55,280 nucleotides of DNA from a virus (Duplodnaviria; Caudoviricetes). Made by a program: the position numbers and the translations under genes. The stretch is from the IMG/VR virus record IMGVR_UViG_3300025687_000004, positions 1 to 55,280 of that record; one strand, given 5' to 3'. This document shows, piece after piece, positions 1 through 8,512 of this stretch; positions within the stretch are counted from its first letter, which is position 1, and each line of letters begins with the position of its first letter. The notes below the pieces were generated by a model that saw only the letters and a program-made list of their open reading frames with translations, was not told the origin of the DNA and made no database searches.

Positions 1-127
1 ATTTTGTCCTCAGCAGAGGTGATTATCATAATAAGCACGAACCTCTATGGTATGCAGTTAGAAAAGGACAAAAGCATAACTGGCAAGGTCGTCGTGATCA
101 AACAACAGTCTGGGATATAGATAATAA
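1..127. repeat. Terminal direct repeat (127 bp), identical to 55154-55280; assembly circularisation overlap
   Basis: ATTTTGTCCTCAGC...GATATAGATAATAA occurs at both ends; 127 is a common assembler k-mer; a CDS reads in frame through the join. Confidence 0.95.
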
Positions 128-389
128 TAACTACGGAGCAAAGGCAAAAGAAGAGCAAACAGGTCATGGCACCCAAAAGCCTTTAGAATGTATGCTACGT
201 CCTATAATTAATAACAGTAAGAAAGGTCAGTCTGTATATGACCCATTCGGTGGTAGTGGTACAACGCTAATTGCTTGCGAAAAGTCAGACCGCAATTGTT
301 ACATGATGGAACTCTCACCAGCTTATGTAGATATCATAATTAATAGATGGGAAAAAGAAACTGGGAAGGAGGCGATACTAGATGAGTAA
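1..389 (+). CDS. 3' part of ParB-N/DNA N4-N6 methyltransferase (gene starts at 54346 and wraps)
   Basis: HGTQKP and SAM-binding YDPFGGSGTT...MELSPAYVD motifs; frame continuous with 54346. Confidence 0.9.
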   Translation, partial: FVLSRGDYHNKHEPLWYAVRKGQKHNWQGRRDQTTVWDIDNNNYGAKAKEEQTGHGTQKPLECMLRPIINNSKKGQSVYDPFGGSGTTLIACEKSDRNCYMMELSPAYVDIIINRWEKETGKEAILDE

Positions 390-1011
390 TACAAAAAACA
401 AAGGCGGGCGCCCACAAATAAAACTAGATGCATTACAGATCAGAGATATTGAAATTCTGGCTGCATTTTTACCTATTGCAAAAATAGCTGAGTATTTAGG
501 TATTTCTGTGGCAACTTTTCACAGATTAAAAACAAAAGATAGCGAAGTTTTGAGAGCTTATAAGCGGGGGGTAGCTAAAGCCCACGCACATGCTGGTAAT
601 ATTATTATGAAATTCATGAGATATGACGGCGATGATGTAGCACAATTACAATTACAGTTCCAAGCGGCAAAGTTTTACGTACAGACAAAAGCTGGCTGGG
701 GGAAGGAGGAGAAGGCGTTTAAAATAAATGTACCAGAAGAAGCGACCCCTTTAGAGATCATAAATATACTTACAAGCAGACTAAGCAATGAAGGCCTAAC
801 TCCAACAGAGTTCAAACAGCTAACCGATCTAGTTCAATTAAAGCAACAGGTACTATCGCTACAGCCCAAAGATGAACAGGCTACGCAATCACATACCCTT
901 GAAGAATGTATAGAGATCGCAGACAAGCTACTACCCGCCTCAAATATTCTAGAACTAGAGCTAGAGAACAGGAGGCTTAAAAAGCAACTTGCGGAGGCTG
1001 GCAATGCATAG
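382..1011 (+). CDS. HTH protein, probable terminase small subunit-like
   Basis: KGGRP N-terminus, HTH IAEYLGISVATF, AAKFYVQTKAGW motif typical of TerS-like proteins that follow ParB-MTase genes. Confidence 0.55.
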   Translation: MSNTKNKGGRPQIKLDALQIRDIEILAAFLPIAKIAEYLGISVATFHRLKTKDSEVLRAYKRGVAKAHAHAGNIIMKFMRYDGDDVAQLQLQFQAAKFYVQTKAGWGKEEKAFKINVPEEATPLEIINILTSRLSNEGLTPTEFKQLTDLVQLKQQVLSLQPKDEQATQSHTLEECIEIADKLLPASNILELELENRRLKKQLAEAGNA

Positions 1012-2041
1012 CTTAACATATAAAGTTCTAGATATATTTTCAGGAATTGGCGGCTTTTCCTTAGGCCTTGAAAAAGCAGGCATGGAAACAATAGCCTTTT
1101 GTGAAAATAATAATTTTTGTCAAGAAGTGCTAAAGACTCACTGGCATAACGTACCTATATTTTCTGATATTAGAAGCTTAGGAAAAAAAGACTTAAGCCA
1201 TTTACCCAAAATAGATGTAATTGCTGGTGGTTTTCCATGTCAGGATATTTCAGTAGCAGGAAAACAAGCAGGCATACAAGGTGAGCGTTCTGGGTTATGG
1301 AAAGAGTTTAAAAGATTAATAGATGAGGTAAAACCAAAATATGCAATTATCGAAAACGTGGCAAACTTGCGAAGTAGAGGACTTAGCCGAGTCCTCAAAG
1401 ATTTATGGGAGATCGGGTATGATGCAGAATGGCACCTGTTACCAGCTTCAGCCTTTGGTGCGCCTCACAGAAGGGATAGAATCTGGATTATTGCCTACCC
1501 CACTTGCTTCAGCAAAAGTAGATTGTCCGTCAGAAAGAAGAAGAGACAGCCCGCACCTAGAGACAATTGTAAAAATGCTACCAACGCCGACTGCGAGCGA
1601 TGCGACTGTGGGCAATGTAATAGGCAAGCACGATACGTTCAAAATAACAAAAAATGGGAATATCAGGAAATACAATCAAAACGGAATAAGCGGAAGTCTG
1701 GGGCTTGCAAGATATGTAAAGTTTTTTCCAACACCAACGCCAAGAGATCACAAGGACACGGGGAGTATAGAGAAGTTAGCACAATATGCACACAAAAAGC
1801 GTTTAATGCCAGTGCTAGCCAGTCAAGAGCTAATAACTGGAGACAAGAGCCAGTAGCAAGATTAGCAAGTACAAAAAATAACAAGGTAAGACTAAATCCT
1901 GATTGGGTTGAGTGGTTAATGGGTTATCCGCTTGGCTGGACTAAACAAGGAACCTTAAAAGAAAGGCTGCAAGGTTTAGGTAATGCAGTTGTTCCAGTAA
2001 TACCAGAATATTTGGGAAGAGAGATAATAGGCAATGCATAA
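1004..2041 (+). CDS. DNA (cytosine-5) methyltransferase, main frame
   Basis: Motifs I FSGIGG, IV GGFPCQ, VI ENV, VIII HRRDR, IX-like LNPDWVEWLMGYP, X GNAVVP; GGAGG at 993-997 before ATG 1004. Confidence 0.93.
   Translation: MHSLTYKVLDIFSGIGGFSLGLEKAGMETIAFCENNNFCQEVLKTHWHNVPIFSDIRSLGKKDLSHLPKIDVIAGGFPCQDISVAGKQAGIQGERSGLWKEFKRLIDEVKPKYAIIENVANLRSRGLSRVLKDLWEIGYDAEWHLLPASAFGAPHRRDRIWIIAYPTCFSKSRLSVRKKKRQPAPRDNCKNATNADCERCDCGQCNRQARYVQNNKKWEYQEIQSKRNKRKSGACKICKVFSNTNAKRSQGHGEYREVSTICTQKAFNASASQSRANNWRQEPVARLASTKNNKVRLNPDWVEWLMGYPLGWTKQGTLKERLQGLGNAVVPVIPEYLGREIIGNA
1341..1856 (+). CDS. Nested alternative-frame polypeptide (beta subunit-like) of the C5 methyltransferase
   Basis: 171-aa open frame inside the MTase with SGMMQNG and three (L/F)PTP repeats (LPTPLAS, LPTPTASD, FPTPTPRD); GAGGT at 1325-1329. 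Confidence 0.7.
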   Translation: MQLSKTWQTCEVEDLAESSKIYGRSGMMQNGTCYQLQPLVRLTEGIESGLLPTPLASAKVDCPSERRRDSPHLETIVKMLPTPTASDATVGNVIGKHDTFKITKNGNIRKYNQNGISGSLGLARYVKFFPTPTPRDHKDTGSIEKLAQYAHKKRLMPVLASQELITGDKSQ

Positions 2042-2288
2042 CAATAATACACTAGACTCAATAAGAAAATCTGACCCAGATTTTTATTATGAACACTTAC
2101 ACAAAAACCCTGACGAGTATCACGACTCCGCAAAAACAAAAAGCAAACTTAAACCGCATGAAATTGCGAAGTTAAAGAAAAGTCATGATTACTGGGAAAA
2201 TGCAAGGCTTAAAGCATGGGGGGAGCGTTTTAAGGAAGCTAAGAGAAAACGCAATAGTTCTAGTGAGGATTTTGAATATTTGCTATGA
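2034..2288 (+). CDS. Hypothetical protein
   Basis: 84-aa ORF overlapping the MTase stop; operon-like packing. Confidence 0.6.
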   Translation: MHNNNTLDSIRKSDPDFYYEHLHKNPDEYHDSAKTKSKLKPHEIAKLKKSHDYWENARLKAWGERFKEAKRKRNSSSEDFEYLL

Positions 2289-2587
2289 AAAGTAAAAGTC
2301 CTTATTTATCTATACTTCTTGCAAAAGATCAAGAACTAGAGGGGGTTTTTGACCTGAAGAATGATGCAATAGATGAACGTGACGCAATTATTGCTATAAA
2401 AAAACAACCATTGTCCTCCCAAGCAATGAAGTTGATATATGGTCGTGATGGAACACGCATAGGAAATCATTCAGTTAATAAAAAATTGAAGGAATGGAAG
2501 GCGGAATATTTAAAGCGCAAAGCCAAGCCTAAAAAGTATGAGCCTATGCTGTACTTTTTAGATTATTTTAATGGTATTAGTTTATAA
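2285..2587 (+). CDS. Hypothetical protein
   Basis: ATGA overlap with the previous ORF. Confidence 0.6.
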   Translation: MKSKSPYLSILLAKDQELEGVFDLKNDAIDERDAIIAIKKQPLSSQAMKLIYGRDGTRIGNHSVNKKLKEWKAEYLKRKAKPKKYEPMLYFLDYFNGISL

Positions 2588-2879
2588 CATGATGTACGAG
2601 CCTTACTTTTCAAAAACAAGTATTATTTTAGAAGATAAATACCTGAGAAATCTTATAGATTATCAAGAAAGTCAAAAAGCATATTTGAGACAGTTTGAAG
2701 AATATAAAAAGTTACCACTTTCTTCTAATTGGATAAAAGAAATATATGCAGCTGATGTTAATTTAACTGATTATGATCAAGATAAGATAGATTTAAAACT
2801 TAAAAAGCTAAGTGCAAAACTAAGAAAACAAAAAGAAGAAAATCAGCATAAAGAATTAAAAGAAATAGACATTATTTAA
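2571..2879 (+). CDS. Hypothetical protein (weakly similar to the preceding ORF)
   Basis: KKLPLSSNWIKEIY vs KKQPLSSQAMKLIY in 2285..2587; start may be 2589. Confidence 0.55.
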   Translation: MVLVYNMMYEPYFSKTSIILEDKYLRNLIDYQESQKAYLRQFEEYKKLPLSSNWIKEIYAADVNLTDYDQDKIDLKLKKLSAKLRKQKEENQHKELKEIDII

Positions 2880-2884
2880 ACAAG

Positions 2885-2973
2885 CGAGCTAGCCAGAATG
2901 GGTCTGACTAGCACTAACTTTGTAACCCTTTAAATTACAGAACCATTATATTTCCTTTATTTTCTGTAGTCAA
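2885..2973 (-). ncRNA. Candidate ~55-nt small RNA with sigma70 promoter
   Basis: Minus-strand TTGACT-17-TATAAT (2973-2945), then two hairpins whose G-U pairs form only on the minus strand. Confidence 0.45.
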
Positions 2974-3003
2974 GAGAGTTGTTTTAATTTAGGAGGTAAT
3001 ATT

Positions 3004-3078
3004 ATGCCTAAAAAACGAAATATACATACCTACGAACTGAGACAAGGTCATAAAGTTGTACATAGAGGAATTACAATA
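3004..3078 (+). pseudogene. Truncated GIY-YIG-like small protein remnant
   Basis: AGGAGG SD; HTYELRQGHKVVHRGIT resembles a GIY-YIG N-terminus, then the frame runs antisense into the WGR gene. Confidence 0.4.
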
Positions 3079-3081
3079 GCT

Positions 3082-3300
3082 TTATATTTTTATAAATTTA
3101 TAACCTCTATTGAGCCTTTTCTTTGTTATTTGCTCAACAGTTTTTGCAACTTCTTCTTTGTTTTTACAGGGAATTACCTTGTAGTTGCCAAGATTACCGC
3201 CAATTCGTCCCCAAACACATATAACGTCAATAGTATTAAACAAGGTTTTTTGCTCAAATAATTTGTAATATTTATGCTGATTAGTCCAATATAGAAACAT
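3082..3300 (-). CDS. WGR domain protein
   Basis: KYYKLFEQKTLF...VWGRIGG...KKRLNRGY; likely start MFLYW at 3300. Confidence 0.85.
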   Translation of the reverse strand: MFLYWTNQHKYYKLFEQKTLFNTIDVICVWGRIGGNLGNYKVIPCKNKEEVAKTVEQITKKRLNRGYKFIKI

Positions 3301-3313
3301 AGTAAAATAGAAG

Positions 3314-3898
3314 TTAGGTTTCGGATTTGCAATGATTGTTGAGGTAGTAATATAGGGTTGAGCGTCCAATGCCATATTTTTTAGCTAAAGCTCCTTTATG
3401 TACTTTTGTAGTATCTGTTTCTTGAGCAAGGATAGACTTAATTTCTTCCGCTTGTTCGTCAGTTAATTTACGCATACGCTTATAAACCCCACGCTCTTTC
3501 GCCTTTGCAATGCCTTCAAGTTGGCGTTCTCGTATTAGGCCATGTTCAAATTCGGCAAAAGCCCCCATAAGAGAAAGCATAAGTTGTGACATGGGAGAGG
3601 AGCTACTAGTAAATTCTAAGCCTTCTTTTACAAAATTCACTTGAGCTTGTTTATCTGTAATAGTTTTAATAATACGGCGTAAGTCGTCTAGATTTCGTGC
3701 TAATCTATCCATACAATGTACATAAACAACATCGCCATCACGAACATAGTTAAGTAATTCTTCTAGTTTAGGGCGTTTAGTATCTTTGCCTGACGCATGA
3801 TCAGTGAAGATTAGATCAAGTTCTATGCCATCAAGTTGTCTTTCTGTATTTTGTAATTTAGTGCTAACTCTTACGTAGCCTATTTTTTTACCGGTCAT
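3314..3898 (-). CDS. Serine recombinase (resolvase/invertase family)
   Basis: IGYVRVST..Q, GDVVYV..MDRLARN, FAEFE..LIRERQLEGI, C-terminal HTH. Confidence 0.95.
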   Translation of the reverse strand: MTGKKIGYVRVSTKLQNTERQLDGIELDLIFTDHASGKDTKRPKLEELLNYVRDGDVVYVHCMDRLARNLDDLRRIIKTITDKQAQVNFVKEGLEFTSSSSPMSQLMLSLMGAFAEFEHGLIRERQLEGIAKAKERGVYKRMRKLTDEQAEEIKSILAQETDTTKVHKGALAKKYGIGRSTLYYYLNNHCKSET

Positions 3899-4407
3899 TG
3901 CTTTATATTTTTAAAACAGTCAGAAATAGCTTTTTCTAGATCACGATGAACTTTCATTAATTTATAAAAAAAGTGAGACTTGGGTGGGTTACGATAAAAA
4001 CCTTTAATAATATAATCTTCATGAGATATATTTGAGAAATGGCATATTTGACCTGCTAAAGATCTAGAGAACCAACGCAGTATGGTTCTCTGTTCTTCTA
4101 ATGTACAAGGTTTAGGTTTTTTTCTTTTTTGAAGACTAATTTTACAATCAGATTTGTCTAGTCGTGTTATAATTGGAAGAAAGTCGTATAACTCTGGATT
4201 AGCAAAATTAGTAACTTTTCTATAAGCTTTTTCTCCACAATTAACCCAAGTTTCTGTTTTTTCATCAAAAATTTTAATAGATTGGTCATCAATATCAAAA
4301 CAACAAGGAAGACCTAGTTTTTCTTTTATGGTTAAATCTTGCATCTCTTTTTTATATAAACATTTTATTTCTAGTATATCAATGTTGTTTTTTTGGTTTT
4401 TAGTCAT
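3895..4407 (-). CDS. Hypothetical protein
   Basis: 170-aa ORF coupled to the resolvase. Confidence 0.6.
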   Translation of the reverse strand: MTKNQKNNIDILEIKCLYKKEMQDLTIKEKLGLPCCFDIDDQSIKIFDEKTETWVNCGEKAYRKVTNFANPELYDFLPIITRLDKSDCKISLQKRKKPKPCTLEEQRTILRWFSRSLAGQICHFSNISHEDYIIKGFYRNPPKSHFFYKLMKVHRDLEKAISDCFKNIKQ

Positions 4408-4419
4408 AGTATTTATATT

Positions 4420-4650
4420 TTATGAGTTAAAGAATGCTATTTTTATTCCTACAGCTAATAACAAAAGTAATAACGCCTTTATCCATTTAGATTCTATTTC
4501 TATTTTATCCTCTAGCCTAGCTATATCACTTTTAGTAGCCACATGTTGGTCAATATTAGAGATAACTTCAGTTATTGCCTCGGCTTGTTTTTCTGGTATA
4601 CCCGCAGTGGTGAATTGTTTTACTGCTTTGTGTGTATCAATTAATGCCAT
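4420..4650 (-). CDS. DUF1640/CCDC90-like coiled-coil membrane-anchored protein
   Basis: DTHKAVKQF..AGIPEKQAEAI...VATKSDI..LE plus C-terminal TM helix. Confidence 0.75.
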   Translation of the reverse strand: MALIDTHKAVKQFTTAGIPEKQAEAITEVISNIDQHVATKSDIARLEDKIEIESKWIKALLLLLLAVGIKIAFFNS

Positions 4651-4677
4651 AACTATATTCCTTTATTAAATTATTAC

Positions 4678-4875
4678 TTATTCGTCCTTTATTAAATGGA
4701 TGTCTTTTATTGACACCTCAACGTCACTACTTAAAAAATCATAAAAATTGTAGGCAATTGCTACTACATTACGAGATTCAACGATTTGTTCTTTCTGTTT
4801 ACAAAACTCCACAGAAAGTTCTAATGCTTTGATACGTACATCTAAATCTTCTCTATTTGCTTTAAATTTATTCAT
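4678..4875 (-). CDS. Hypothetical protein
   Basis: First ORF of the leftward cassette; RIKALELSV...AYNFYDFL. Confidence 0.55.
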   Translation of the reverse strand: MNKFKANREDLDVRIKALELSVEFCKQKEQIVESRNVVAIAYNFYDFLSSDVEVSIKDIHLIKDE

Positions 4876-4904
4876 ATTAATTATTCTCTTGCTAATTTTG
4901 TTTA

Positions 4905-5020
4905 ATTAGTATAAGACATATAGTATTAAATGTCCAGTTAAAAAGCAAATAACTTTATTAGACATAAGAAAGATATAAAATTATTTGTTGTTTAACTACT
5001 ATACCCTGTTAGACAATTAA
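4905..5020. promoter_or_regulatory. Putative res site / resolvase-binding subsites
   Basis: Repeated T(T/A)AGACA half-sites at 4912, 4958, 5009 with inverted TGTCC and TGTTTAAC partners, upstream of the resolvase operon. Confidence 0.4.
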
Positions 5021-5084
5021 TTTTAAATTGATTATTATTTATTTCTCTTTATAATATAAATTATAATAAATAGAGTTAAATGTT

Positions 5085-5318
5085 ATGAAAGCAATAAATG
5101 TACTTATTCCTGATGAGGCAAATCAAGAATTAATAAAATTCGCAAAAGCTCTGGATTTACCTAAAAGCTATTTAATAAAAAAGGCCATTAAAGAATATCT
5201 CATTGAGCTAAAAGAAGATATGGAGGATATTGCAGCAGCCGAAGAAGTGTTAGCTAATAGCACTGGTGAAACTATATCTTTAGAAGAATTTGAGAAAAAA
5301 TATGGTTTGGAAGATTAG
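5085..5318 (+). CDS. relB: RHH antitoxin (RelB/DUF6290-like)
   Basis: RHH N-terminus, acidic EDMEDI...ISLEEF C-terminus, overlaps the toxin gene. Confidence 0.85.
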   Translation: MKAINVLIPDEANQELIKFAKALDLPKSYLIKKAIKEYLIELKEDMEDIAAAEEVLANSTGETISLEEFEKKYGLED

Positions 5319-5571
5319 ACTAGAAAAACCTGCTGAAAAAGCAATTGCTAAATTAGATTATCAGACACAAAAGCAAATTAAAAATTATTTAAGGAATGAA
5401 GTATTACTATTGGATAATCCGCGTTTTAAAGGAAAAGGATTAACTGGTAAGAAAAAAGGGCTGTGGCGTTATCGTGTAAATAAATATCGAATTATTTGTC
5501 GCATAGAAAATGATATCCTCACCATTTTAGTATTGCAAATTGCCAAGCGTGATGTTGTATATGATGATTAG
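5302..5571 (+). CDS. relE: RelE/ParE-family toxin
   Basis: NPRFKGKGLTG...GLWRYRV..YRIIC...IAKRDVVY. Confidence 0.92.
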   Translation: MVWKIRLEKPAEKAIAKLDYQTQKQIKNYLRNEVLLLDNPRFKGKGLTGKKKGLWRYRVNKYRIICRIENDILTILVLQIAKRDVVYDD

Positions 5572-5622
5572 CTCTAGTATGTTATTTATATAATCAATAC
5601 CTTCCCTTATCAGAATTGAAAC

Positions 5623-5633
5623 TATGCTATAAT
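5623..5633 (+). promoter_or_regulatory. Extended -10 promoter TRTGnTATAAT
   Basis: TATGCTATAAT upstream of the packaging operon; one of 7 copies. Confidence 0.6.
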
Positions 5634-5667
5634 ACAAAGTATCTACAATTAATTGATACTATTGTTC

Positions 5668-5853
5668 ATGAGTGGAGTTAAAAAAAACTGGATTGAGTCC
5701 GCAGTAAAAAAGCCAGGTGCGTTGCGCCGTACTTTAAAAATAAAGGCTGGTCACAAAATACCAAAAAAAAAGCTAGATAAAGCCCTTAATTCTAAAAACA
5801 AGCTAACTGCAAAAAGGGCAAGATTGGCAAAAACTTTAAAAGGTTTTAATTGA
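5668..5853 (+). CDS. Small basic phage protein
   Basis: KNWIESAVKKPGALR...KRARLAKTLK pattern recurrent in aquatic podophage-like genomes. Confidence 0.7.
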   Translation: MSGVKKNWIESAVKKPGALRRTLKIKAGHKIPKKKLDKALNSKNKLTAKRARLAKTLKGFN

Positions 5854-5859
5854 GGTTTT

Positions 5860-7470
5860 ATGTTAAACAACCTGCAATTAGAATCAGATTCTAGTATTGA
5901 ATCTATAATATCCCTTATGAAAAATATAGGGTTGCAGTTTCAAACTAAATGCTCATTCCATGAATTCATCAAGCAAGCATGGCCTGCAATTGAAGGTGGT
6001 GTTAGTTTTGTTGATAGCTGGCATATACAGGCGATAGCTGAACATTTAGAGGCTTGTTATCGTAGGGATATAAAGAAGCTCCTGATTAACATTCCTCCAA
6101 GAACTAGTAAAAGCACAATAGTATCTGTGATGTTTCCTGCTTGGGTATGGTTACATAATGCAGAAGAAAAGTTTCTCTACTCTTCTTATGCTGGTTCACT
6201 CTCAATAGAACATTCCTTAAAATGCAGAAGACTTATTGAGAGTAACTGGTATCAGGAACGTTTCGGTAGTTTGTATAAATTGTCTAAAGACCAGAAAGCC
6301 AAGGGATTTTTTGACAACAACAAGAAAGGGAGTCGTATCGCTACGTCTGTTGGAGCAAGTGCAACTGGTAAAGGCGGTAACTTCCTTATTGTAGATGATG
6401 GTAATAATGTGCAAGATGGGGAAAGTGAAGTCAAGCGTAATGCTGCTCTTGAGTGGTTAGATAGCGTATGGTCCACTCGGTTGAATAATCCTAAAAATGA
6501 CGTACAAATTATTATCCAACAGAGACTACACGAAGAGGATATGACAGGCCATGTTATAGATAAAGATATAAACAACGAATGGGTGAAATTAATTTTGCCT
6601 ATGGAATATGAAGAATCTAGAAAAGCTAAAACTATAATACTTCCATCAACTAATGGCAAAATCTGGCAAGACCCAAGAGAGGAAGAAGGTGAATTACTAT
6701 GCGAGCAAAGATTTTCACTTGAAGAGATTAATCAATATAAGTATAGATTAGGTTCGTATGGCTATGCTGGCCAGTATCAGCAAAGACCAGCACCAGAAGA
6801 AGGCGGTATAATCCAGAAATCATGGTTTAAATGGTGGAAGCATAACGAACCACCTGAAATACAATTCATAGTTCAGTCATGGGATACCGCTCTTACTGCT
6901 AATGAAATGTCCGCATATTCAGCCTGTACTACATGGGGAGTGTTTTTAGATCATAACTACGTAGAACATTTAATATTACTTGGAATGTGGCGTGGACGTG
7001 TTGAGTATCCAGAGCTTAGAGAGATGGCTAAAAGGCTTTATAGAGATTATAGAGATAATGGAAAAGAACATAATCCAAGGTTTAAAGGTAGACAACCTGA
7101 TTTATGTTTAGTTGAAGCTAAAGCCTCGGGCGATCCATTAATACAAGATTTAGCTGCGGGTGGAATAAGTGCCGTTGCTTTTAATCCTAGTAAATATGGT
7201 GATAAAATACAGAGAGTAAGGCTAGTTACTCCTCTTATTGAAGGGGGCAGGGTTTGGCTTAGAGCGAGAGGCCCTAAGTACGATAGTTTAATACCCGAAG
7301 CTGACGAATTTGTAGAAGAAGTATCAACGTTTCCTAATAGTTCTTCAAGGGATTTAGTGGATACTATGACGCAAGCATTGCTAAAATTAAAAAGCGGACA
7401 ATTTATATTAAACCCTAAGGATGAAAGGCCAACTCCACCTGATTATCAAGAGGTTAAAAGAGTATATTAA
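5860..7470 (+). CDS. terL: Terminase large subunit
   Basis: INIPPRTSKS Walker A, LIVDD Walker B, QSWDTA and DLVDTMTQAL nuclease motifs. Confidence 0.96.
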   Translation: MLNNLQLESDSSIESIISLMKNIGLQFQTKCSFHEFIKQAWPAIEGGVSFVDSWHIQAIAEHLEACYRRDIKKLLINIPPRTSKSTIVSVMFPAWVWLHNAEEKFLYSSYAGSLSIEHSLKCRRLIESNWYQERFGSLYKLSKDQKAKGFFDNNKKGSRIATSVGASATGKGGNFLIVDDGNNVQDGESEVKRNAALEWLDSVWSTRLNNPKNDVQIIIQQRLHEEDMTGHVIDKDINNEWVKLILPMEYEESRKAKTIILPSTNGKIWQDPREEEGELLCEQRFSLEEINQYKYRLGSYGYAGQYQQRPAPEEGGIIQKSWFKWWKHNEPPEIQFIVQSWDTALTANEMSAYSACTTWGVFLDHNYVEHLILLGMWRGRVEYPELREMAKRLYRDYRDNGKEHNPRFKGRQPDLCLVEAKASGDPLIQDLAAGGISAVAFNPSKYGDKIQRVRLVTPLIEGGRVWLRARGPKYDSLIPEADEFVEEVSTFPNSSSRDLVDTMTQALLKLKSGQFILNPKDERPTPPDYQEVKRVY

Positions 7471-7830
7471 ATGCAAAATAATGAAAATCAAACGCAGCAT
7501 AGTAAATCTTGGTGTTCTCAAATATGTTGTTGCAAAAAAAAGAACAAGAAATTAATTCAAGCAGTGGACGTTGAAGAAGAGACAAATGAAGAGATAATAA
7601 CAGAAGAACAATCTTTGCGGTTGCTAGAAATAACTGAAAGCAATATTTGCAGTTCTTATAAGTCGACTATTCAACAAAAAAAAGAGGTAGATTCTTCTGC
7701 TGATTTAAATTCGTTAGTTGTTTACAAACTCATGACAACAGATGAGTTAATGAGCTTTGAAGATCGAGATCAGTTTTTAAATAATTATAAAGAAACTATA
7801 TACCAATCAGAATTATTAGGAGATTTATGA
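7471..7830 (+). CDS. Hypothetical protein with N-terminal Cys-cluster/basic motif
   Basis: WCSQICCCKKKNKK followed by an acidic region. Confidence 0.6.
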   Translation: MQNNENQTQHSKSWCSQICCCKKKNKKLIQAVDVEEETNEEIITEEQSLRLLEITESNICSSYKSTIQQKKEVDSSADLNSLVVYKLMTTDELMSFEDRDQFLNNYKETIYQSELLGDL

Positions 7831-8042
7831 TGATAAGTTTTATTAAAAAAATATGCTGTTGTTTTAAAAAAAACAATCAAGAAGAAAAAACAAGGATACA
7901 TATCTATAATAACGAAAATCAAGAGATTGATATATTAGAGTTTTATTACCCTGCTTGTTATTTACCAAGTGCTGATCAAGAATCTTGTAATACTATTTTA
8001 CATAGTGGTCAGTATAATGATTTTGAATTTGAGTCCCAGTAA
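7827..8042 (+). CDS. Hypothetical protein with N-terminal Cys-cluster/basic motif
   Basis: FIKKICCCFKKN; GGAG SD, ATGA overlap. Confidence 0.55.
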   Translation: MMISFIKKICCCFKKNNQEEKTRIHIYNNENQEIDILEFYYPACYLPSADQESCNTILHSGQYNDFEFESQ

Positions 8043-8067
8043 TAAATTCAAAACAGCTGATATTATT

Positions 8068-8472
8068 TTATTCAAACTGTTTTATAAACGTTTCTTCAAT
8101 ATAATTTTCTAATTTATCGGCTAAAGATTCTACATCATTATCAAGAATAAAACTTTTACATAAAATACACGGCTTTGCATCGCTAATGTTAAATGACTTT
8201 AAATAGTTATCTTGTTTTTTTGAAATTTTATCTATAAACACAGGAAAATGTATAGGTATAGATTTTTCTATTGTTTTGCCAAATGGCTGAAAAATATTAT
8301 TTGTATTTTCAATACGAATTTTAAATTCCCTTCTACCTGAAACAATCAAATATTCGTTTGTTTGAACCAACACATCAACACAGCAAGGCGCTTTTAGTTT
8401 TCCTGCGTCATGTATCATTTCTTCTAGTTTGTTTATTAATGTTTTGTTATTAGCGGGCTTTTTCAAAGTCAT
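8068..8472 (-). CDS. Hypothetical protein (moron, opposite strand)
   Basis: ORF between terL and portal; likely start MTLKK at 8472. Confidence 0.5.
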   Translation of the reverse strand: MTLKKPANNKTLINKLEEMIHDAGKLKAPCCVDVLVQTNEYLIVSGRREFKIRIENTNNIFQPFGKTIEKSIPIHFPVFIDKISKKQDNYLKSFNISDAKPCILCKSFILDNDVESLADKLENYIEETFIKQFE

Positions 8473-8479
8473 TTTTACC

Positions 8480-8490
8480 TGTGGTATAAT
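8480..8490 (+). promoter_or_regulatory. Extended -10 promoter
   Basis: TGTGGTATAAT 22 nt before the portal ATG. Confidence 0.6.
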
Positions 8491-8512
8491 AGTGAATAAG
8501 AATATTTGTTTT

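Noticed and set aside
3004-3261. Full 85-aa protein
   Set aside because: Beyond about codon 25 it is antisense to the WGR gene; treated as a truncated remnant
3314-3898. Integrase or tail-fibre invertase role for the serine recombinase
   Set aside because: Small resolvase type with no large C-terminal recombinase domain, far from the fibre genes, and no inverted fibre cassettes seen
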